Below, one piece after another: positions 1-5,747 of a DNA stretch of 25,999 bases (position 1 is its first letter; each line of letters opens with the position of its first letter). The notes beneath the pieces are model-generated. The model saw nothing but the letters and a program-made list of their open reading frames with translations. It did not search any database and was not told the origin of the DNA. Source of the DNA: a virus (taxonomy: Duplodnaviria; Caudoviricetes). The stretch is from positions 1 to 25,999 of the IMG/VR virus record IMGVR_UViG_3300020381_000791. The stretch is one strand, 5' to 3'. A program made the position numbers and the translations under genes.

Positions 1-857
1 TTGTTATTAATTATGTATCTAGTTTTGTAACTAATATTGTCAAACAATTTACGATTATCATACGAAGGTATAGAAATAATAATTTCATTATCTTTTTCTG
101 ATAGTTGAATATCGTTAACAATATTCTTATATTCTTTGTCAAATGATTGATCATAATTAGACATTAGATAATCATTTATACTGCCATACTCTGCGACAAC
201 TTCTTCCATATCGTTAACTTGACTTGTAATAGTACAACTATTATTACTGAAGCCATAATATGGATCGTCATAATCAAAACTATATGAATTAACAAATGAA
301 CTAGTTTTATAACTAGTATTTGAAAACCATATACCGTCAACCTCATTACCTAAATCTGGATTGATTATGAAAGTATTTTGATTATAAGCTGGATTATTAG
401 TTAAGAAAACTAATTTATCTGAACCTATAATCTCACCTAGAAAATCCGTGATACTTTTATTAGATAAAAAGTTACCTTTTAGATTTCTAAGTAATGTTTG
501 ATTAAATACTCTAGTATCTGACATATTTTTGGTTGGTTCTACACAATCTAGAACACCATTATGTGCAAATACTGTATTTTTATCAACTTCGAAAGGGTGA
601 CAATTAGCCAAGTTAGTTTTGCCTGATGTAGCAATTCTACAATGTATTAATATATCACTTGTTTTACTATATTTATTTTGAATATCTAATGCTTGATCGA
701 TAAATTTATCTGTTGACATACTTTTAAAAGTATTAATAGTATTATTATCGTCAATCCAACTGATACCAAAACCGTGACTATTGTTATTAGTCATAGTTTT
801 TAATGTACTTTCGGAAATTGTACCTACACCTTTAGGTATACTTGCTATGATACACAT
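1..857 (-). CDS. Class II (Ntn) glutamine amidotransferase domain protein, 3'-truncated by window edge
   Basis: Not in the ORF track. My translation from ATG at 857: MCIIASIPKG...NNNSHGFGISW...LIHCRIATSG...NCHPF...FAHNGVL...SDT. Cys at position 2, HxRxAT, NxHPF, HNG and SDT match GATase type 2 motifs. Starts 1 nt after the amidoligase stop. No stop seen in the parts I translated, including the codons at the window start. Confidence 0.88.
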   Translation of the reverse strand, partial: MCIIASIPKGVGTISESTLKTMTNNNSHGFGISWIDDNNTINTFKSMSTDKFIDQALDIQNKYSKTSDILIHCRIATSGKTNLANCHPFEVDKNTVFAHNGVLDCVEPTKNMSDTRVFNQTLLRNLKGNFLSNKSITDFLGEIIGSDKLVFLTNNPAYNQNTFIINPDLGNEVDGIWFSNTSYKTSSFVNSYSFDYDDPYYGFSNNSCTITSQVNDMEEVVAEYGSINDYLMSNYDQSFDKEYKNIVNDIQLSEKDNEIIISIPSYDNRKLFDNISYKTRYIINN

Positions 858-858
858 A

Positions 859-2316
859 TTAACTATCCTCTCTTTCATATCCATTTAAGTTATCTGAACC
901 AAACATTGAATTTAACAATCTGCCTTCTGCAGTTTCATTATTCCATATTGATTGTGCATATAATTGATCCTCACGCTGATGAGTATTATTATTATTATCC
1001 TCATAAAATACTTGGTGTAGTGTTTCGAAATTCTTAACACTATTTACAAGTTTTTCTTTTTTGATCCATTTTCTTACAACAAAGTAATTGAATAGATTAG
1101 GAAATTTATATCTATTAGCTCGTATAAATAACATAAAATTAGTTACGCTATTTTCTTTAAATCTAGCTAAATCTTGATAAGTCATTGCAGTTGTAAATTC
1201 ATACATTGCTTGTATGAACTCAACATTTTTTAATAACCTATTTATTTTTAGATTAGATCTAAAGTATCTAAGCTCTACTGTTGTACTACTGACATTAACT
1301 GCTTGTCTACTTGCACTATTAAGTTTGTATTTTACAACTTTTGCAAAATCATTAGGTTTATACAGATAAGCCCATTGGTTATCTTCACCTACACTTCTTT
1401 GTGCAATACTTGCAATTAATTTAGGATTATCATAGTGCATTGATAGGAAGGCATAATATTGAAAAGTATTAGTGAAACTATCCTTATTCAAATGTATATG
1501 TCCTCCACAAGGTCCATAATATCCTTTAGCATATTGACTTGCATTTTTGAATGCTTTGAATTGCGTTTCTGCAATATATAGTCCTGCTTTAAAAGCTCTA
1601 ATTGTCATTGGCATACTAACAAATTCTATGTCAACAGAACTATCGTGTTTTGCAATCCAAACTGGGTTAGATCTAGTACCATAAGCACCAAAACTAACAT
1701 TTAATAATGCAAGAAATTTGAACATTTCTTTATAGATAATATTACGATTATGATTTTCGTCATTATTATATGAATAACATTCTTCTGTCTCACAATATGA
1801 ATTATCCTCATAATCGTGTTCTTGATCGTGATTTTGACAATCCTCACATTGTCTATCAGTAGTTCTATAAATTAATTCTAATTCCATTCCCATTGGGATA
1901 AATTGCATTAATTCTGGTACAGTATTATTTTTATAATACTTACTTTCTTTTCTCCATTCTTGCATTTCATAAGTAATGAATTCACCTGTTTCTGGGTTAA
2001 AATCCAATACTTCTGCACCAAATGGTTTATAACTATAATCAAAAGGAAATATACTTTGTATTCCTAGTGGATAGTAAGCACCTACTTTTGTGTAACCTTC
2101 TAGATTATTATTATCTGTATATCTCATCATTTGTTTTGCAAATGCGTTTTTACTAACTGCATCACTCATACTATTAGTTAAGTGAACGAAGTTAGATAGA
2201 GACAAAGCATTACTATTAATAAAGTTAGACAGTATTTTTTCTGAATAACCTTTATTTTGTAGTTGATAGATACTACTAGTAAAGTTATTAGCTTTAGTTT
2301 GTTGTTTTCTTGTCAT
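859..2316 (-). CDS. Putative amidoligase (COOH-NH2 ligase, glutamine synthetase/gamma-glutamylcysteine ligase-like fold)
   Basis: Motifs GMELEL, HDSSVDIEFVSMP, CGGHIHL, AVN and TVELRYFRS match the amidoligase pattern (GxExE...DxS...ExxSP...GxHxH...TxExR). Start moved from 2349 to ATG 2316, which has a GGAGG RBS at 2321-2325. Confidence 0.8.
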   Translation of the reverse strand: MTRKQQTKANNFTSSIYQLQNKGYSEKILSNFINSNALSLSNFVHLTNSMSDAVSKNAFAKQMMRYTDNNNLEGYTKVGAYYPLGIQSIFPFDYSYKPFGAEVLDFNPETGEFITYEMQEWRKESKYYKNNTVPELMQFIPMGMELELIYRTTDRQCEDCQNHDQEHDYEDNSYCETEECYSYNNDENHNRNIIYKEMFKFLALLNVSFGAYGTRSNPVWIAKHDSSVDIEFVSMPMTIRAFKAGLYIAETQFKAFKNASQYAKGYYGPCGGHIHLNKDSFTNTFQYYAFLSMHYDNPKLIASIAQRSVGEDNQWAYLYKPNDFAKVVKYKLNSASRQAVNVSSTTVELRYFRSNLKINRLLKNVEFIQAMYEFTTAMTYQDLARFKENSVTNFMLFIRANRYKFPNLFNYFVVRKWIKKEKLVNSVKNFETLHQVFYEDNNNNTHQREDQLYAQSIWNNETAEGRLLNSMFGSDNLNGYEREDS

Positions 2317-2467
2317 TATTCCTCCATTTCCATATATAAAAAGCAACACGCATATACAAATCCATAACTATTTCATATAGCCAACCTGAAATTGTAAATG
2401 CACCGATTAAATAAACTGGGACTAATAACCAAAAGTAAAATTCCCAATCATTTAGATTTTTTATCAT
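2294..2467 (-). CDS. Small predicted membrane protein (57 aa)
   Basis: MIKNLNDWEFYFWLLVPVYLIGAFTISGWLYEIVMDLYMRVAFYIWKWRNNDKKTTN*. GGAGG RBS upstream, long hydrophobic stretch followed by a basic tail, overlaps both neighbouring genes as in an operon. Confidence 0.65.
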   Translation of the reverse strand: MIKNLNDWEFYFWLLVPVYLIGAFTISGWLYEIVMDLYMRVAFYIWKWRNNDKKTTN

Positions 2468-2573
2468 TTATTATTTCCTCCATTTCTTTTTTGCAACATT
2501 TTGTACAAGCCATAACTATACCTAAATAAGTTGGCTCACTACATATAGCACATATAGATAGTTGTTTTGACAT
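2448..2573 (-). CDS. Small CxxC...CxxC zinc-finger-like protein (41 aa)
   Basis: MSKQLSICAICSEPTYLGIVMACTKCCKKEMEEIINDKKSK*. GGAGGT RBS a few nt upstream of the ATG; first gene of the minus-strand operon. Confidence 0.65.
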   Translation of the reverse strand: MSKQLSICAICSEPTYLGIVMACTKCCKKEMEEIINDKKSK

Positions 2574-2754
2574 TAAATACCTCCATATTTAATAACAGTA
2601 TATCACTTTGATATACTTACCAACACACACAAGTTGTAGATACTTATTCATTAATCAATAAAATGAAATGTATGTGCTGGTAGCTATATCCCATACCAAA
2701 AGGAAACAAATTGAAAAAACTTAAAAATAAAAAAAAATATAAACATAGACCTTG

Positions 2755-2812
2755 AAAAAAAAAATAGTTGAAACCTACACCGAATTTAAACAAACTCGAT
2801 GTAGGTAACAAC
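2755..2812 (-). terminator. Probable Rho-independent terminator of the SSB-like gene
   Basis: GTTG-AA-ACCTACACCGA...TCGATGTAGGT-AA-CAAC inverted repeat. The mismatch within the main stem is a G-U pair on the minus strand, and the hairpin is followed on that strand by a T-run (A-run at 2755-2764 on +). Confidence 0.7.
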
Positions 2813-2819
2813 AGGGAGA

Positions 2820-3200
2820 TTATTGAACTAACTCAATATTTTTAACAACGATATTAGTATAGGTAACACCATCTTTATAATTTTTATCAATACCTCCAAA
2901 GTCGAACATTACTTTAATTGCAGTATCATCACTAGCTGTATACCAAGGGAAAGCACTATTATTCTCTGTGAAATATTCTTCACAAGCTTTTTTAACTCTC
3001 TCCCATTGCATATTCTCAGCAACATTTATAGATGCACTCTCACTAAATTCGAAACCATCGCAACCTAAATTAGTTACTAAAGTTAAGCCACCTAAATATT
3101 TAGCATATTGTGACTTACGAACTGTTAAGTTAGCATTAAAAGTATCACTACCTTTATTCCAATAAGGAATTAAATATCCAACCATTTTATTACCATTCAT
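2820..3200 (-). CDS. Hypothetical protein (126 aa), possibly an OB-fold single-stranded DNA-binding protein
   Basis: Strong AAGGAGG RBS at 3208-3214, 7 nt before ATG 3200. Beta-rich and aromatic; the C-terminal KDGVTYTNIVVKNIELV resembles the last hairpin and strand of SSB OB folds. No acidic tail, so the function is inferred only. Confidence 0.5.
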   Translation of the reverse strand: MNGNKMVGYLIPYWNKGSDTFNANLTVRKSQYAKYLGGLTLVTNLGCDGFEFSESASINVAENMQWERVKKACEEYFTENNSAFPWYTASDDTAIKVMFDFGGIDKNYKDGVTYTNIVVKNIELVQ

Positions 3201-3201
3201 T

Positions 3202-3908
3202 ATCAAACCTCCTTTTTTATTGATTTATGAATATTAACGACGACAGTCATACTGCGATTTGGCCCGGAGTCAAATCAGAAGTTACTTGAGATTGTAGGAG
3301 GAGTGGAAAAAAACACTAGGAATTGCCGAAGGCAAGGAATGTGCTTTTTTTATAAGGGACGACACAAAGCTCAGTAGATTGTGATTTGATGTAGGGATCC
3401 TGAAAGGACTAATGTGCACAATGATCCACGAAGTGGTCACACTAGAATTTTGTGATTTGTGACGGAAGGAACAAATTGCAAAATAGCTTGCCGATCTAGT
3501 GCTTGTTGTGTGCATTTTTGGTTGATGCTAAACGCTTGCGTTTTACAGATTTTGTCGTAACTCACAACTAATAATCAGCTTGCTGATAACAAGGGCGGCC
3601 ACGCAAGTCAAATCCGAGATAATGCTAGTGATGACGAAGTGTCGAGGTACGAGATGCGAGGAAGAATGTAGCAATTAATTTAGAGGTCGAACGGGCTTTA
3701 GCCCTTCGGCGTAGCGGAGCCGATAAATCGGATAAGATCTATGATCTGGTTGACTGAAGTGCGGAGTTTAGCCGCAGCCGAGTGATATTAGTGATGAGTT
3801 GACTACAAAAGCTGGTGCATCGCCAAATTAAGCAAATTGTAGTATGGTTAGTCGTCGTAATATTCTTAAATCTTTTGATCTATTGATCAATAAAAAAGGT
3901 GGTTTGAT
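3202..3908 (+). other. ~700-nt branched fold-back element (structured ssDNA signal or large ncRNA)
   Basis: Terminal arms 3202-3261 and 3833-3908 are complementary. Nested stems include 3411-3424/3503-3516, 3440-3446/3495-3501 and 3447-3460/3471-3484, plus many short hairpins. G-T pairs fall on the + strand. GC-richer than the flanks and no credible ORF. Confidence 0.75.
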
Positions 3909-3944
3909 TATTTTAACATTGATATGTTTATAGTTTCTTTTGAT

Positions 3945-4171
3945 CAATGTTTTCTTTTTAAAGAAAAGATTGTGCATTGTCGTTGCAATACGACTGCATT
4001 TGTTTTACTTTGTGCAAGCAAAGTATTTAATATGATTATATTTTTAGTTATTTTTAAGTTTCTTAAGTAAATAACGAGGGAGCCTGCGACTGAGATTATT
4101 TACAAGGGAAGGGGTTTCTGGAGACAAAACTAGAGATTAAGACAAACGACGAACATAAGAAGCCCCTTCCC
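3945..4171 (+). other. Cluster of consecutive hairpins
   Basis: TTTTCTT/AAGAAAA, GTCGT/ACGAC flanked by TGCA, TACTTTG/CAAAGTA, GTAAATAA/TTATTTAC, and a 14-bp stem GGGAAGGGGTTTCT (4106-4119)/AGAAGCCCCTTCCC (4158-4171) with one T-G pair. Confidence 0.6.
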
Positions 4172-4274
4172 AGACCTAGAGAAAGTCCCCACATTAATTT
4201 TGCGAAAACCCTTAGATTCTCTAAAAAACCCAATAATCAACTGTTATTTATATATATTGACTATATTCCCCTAT

Positions 4275-4460
4275 TAAGTCCCCTAAACTTCGTCCCATTA
4301 GTCCCTTAGTCCACCCTAAAGGGTGGACATAAGTGGACTAACTTTGGCTTTTTAAAAAACCTTATAATCATTGGACTAAATGGAAATCCCAATGATCTCA
4401 ATTCGAGAGTTAGTCCAGCCCCTTTGGACTAACTTTTAGTCCAATATCGTTGGACTAAAA
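4275..4460. repeat. Iteron-like TTAGTCCA/TGGACTAA array, candidate replication origin
   Basis: Seven exact octamer copies at 4306, 4334, 4372, 4410, 4425, 4436 and 4451 in both orientations, plus degenerate copies near 4275, 4298 and 4324. An AT-rich spacer lies at ~4349-4370. The array is immediately upstream of the helicase. Confidence 0.75.
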
Positions 4461-4500
4461 ATGAACTTTGTGTAATATAAAAATACAAATATGGAGGAAG

Positions 4501-5598
4501 ATGATAGTACCAGAGAAACTAAAGCTTTTATTAAAGCATCATAGATTACAAGAAAATTACAAACCACTTTCATACATCAAGGGCGAAGATGTAACTAACT
4601 TAAAACCGCCTGATTGGTTAATTGAGGATTTTATTATGGAAGAGGGATTTACCGTACTTCACTCTGACGCAGGAGTTGGTAAAACATTTTTAGCTCTTGA
4701 TTGGGCAAACACAATATCAAATGGTTGGTCTTGGTTTGGTAGAGAAACTGAGAAAACTACTGTATTATACGTACTTGCTGAAGGTGTAGGGTACTTAGGT
4801 GCTCGTGTAACCGCTTGGAAGAACAGAAGAAATGCCTCCATATTTCCTCCTGTCTTCTATTACACGAGCGCTGTACCCTTATTTGCTCCTCCAGGAAAAC
4901 TTCCTACCGCAGAACAATTAGATTTTTTAGATATGGTTGAATCTGTGGATCCAGGGCTTATAGTCTTTGATACTTTACAACGTTGTACCGTAGGTGCTAA
5001 TGAAAACTTACAACAAGATATGGGACAGGTTGTAGCTATGGTTGATACCATTAGACAAAACTTTAATTGCGCAGTTTTGGCCGTACACCACGATACAAAG
5101 AGTGGAGAATCTATGAGAGGATCTAGTGTTATTAGAGCATCTGCTGATACGACTATACACCTTACTGCACGTGGGGAAAATGACGGATTTATTGAAATGG
5201 AATGTACAAAACAAAAAGATGCCGAGCCATTTAAACCTTGGAGTCTAATGCTTGTATCTGATCCTGAAAGTAACTCTGCCTCGCTGACGGCGTACCAAGA
5301 AGGTGTTAAAGCTAGGGACTATACCTTACTCAAAGCTTTGGCTGATATTACTACTCATAGAGGAGAGAAATTTTACAATAAAGCTTGGAGAGAAGCTGCT
5401 GATATGGAAGGTGGACGTTTTGAAAGACCAAAGGCTCAGCTTATCAGGGAAGAACTTGTAGAGCAAACTGGAGAAGGAAGACAAAAACAATATAGTGTTT
5501 CTAAAGCAGGTTGGGATATAATAGAAAGTGAGAGTTCTAGACCTGTTCCTAGAATTGAGCACGTCCAGGACGATTTGCTAGATGAGGAGGGCAAATAG
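4501..5598 (+). CDS. RepA/AAA_25-type (SF4-like) DNA helicase with probable C-terminal winged helix
   Basis: PDWLIEDFI, Walker A SDAGVGKT, VLYVLAEG, Walker B LIVFDT, AVHHDTK, RGSS and KQKD are typical of RSF1010 RepA-like ATPases. GGAGG at 4493-4497 supports ATG 4501 over 4468. Confidence 0.85.
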   Translation: MIVPEKLKLLLKHHRLQENYKPLSYIKGEDVTNLKPPDWLIEDFIMEEGFTVLHSDAGVGKTFLALDWANTISNGWSWFGRETEKTTVLYVLAEGVGYLGARVTAWKNRRNASIFPPVFYYTSAVPLFAPPGKLPTAEQLDFLDMVESVDPGLIVFDTLQRCTVGANENLQQDMGQVVAMVDTIRQNFNCAVLAVHHDTKSGESMRGSSVIRASADTTIHLTARGENDGFIEMECTKQKDAEPFKPWSLMLVSDPESNSASLTAYQEGVKARDYTLLKALADITTHRGEKFYNKAWREAADMEGGRFERPKAQLIREELVEQTGEGRQKQYSVSKAGWDIIESESSRPVPRIEHVQDDLLDEEGK

Positions 5599-5732
5599 TA
5601 ACTGTAGAAAGGTGCAGAAATTGCGGCGTACGAGCAAAAGATGTGTTCGGTATGCCTACTGAGATAGAAGAAGGATTTTGTAAATCCTGTAGGGAGATAT
5701 TGTCTCAGATTTTACCAAAAGTTAACAGTTAG
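5595..5732 (+). CDS. Small CxxC...CxxC zinc-finger protein lacking a canonical start codon
   Basis: Frame reads (I)VTVERCRNCGVRAKDVFGMPTEIEEGFCKSCREILSQILPKVNS*. It fills the helicase-terminase gap. GAGGAGG at 5584-5590 precedes ATA 5595 and GTA 5598. Confidence 0.5.
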   Translation: MVTVERCRNCGVRAKDVFGMPTEIEEGFCKSCREILSQILPKVNS

Positions 5733-5747
5733 TGTTATAGTACGACT
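5733..5747 (+). promoter_or_regulatory. Extended -10 promoter, probable leaderless terminase transcript
   Basis: TGT-TATAGT (5733-5741) ends 6 nt before ATG 5748; no Shine-Dalgarno sequence in between. Confidence 0.5.

Noticed and set aside
2968-3165. 65-aa plus-strand ORF
   Set aside because: Antisense to the 2820-3200 gene, which has a strong RBS and a terminator.
3282-3515. 77-aa minus-strand ORF inside the structured region
   Set aside because: No RBS, atypical composition, and it lies across dense stems; better explained as non-coding.
3202-3908. Element as a retron msr-msd, group I/II intron, tmRNA, RNase P RNA or IS element
   Set aside because: No reverse transcriptase or transposase in the window, it interrupts no gene, and I could not find the conserved signatures of these RNAs by eye. 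A cmscan run is still needed to exclude them formally.
4275-4460. Repeat array as a CRISPR array
   Set aside because: Units are only 8 bp, occur in both orientations with irregular spacing, and no cas genes are present.
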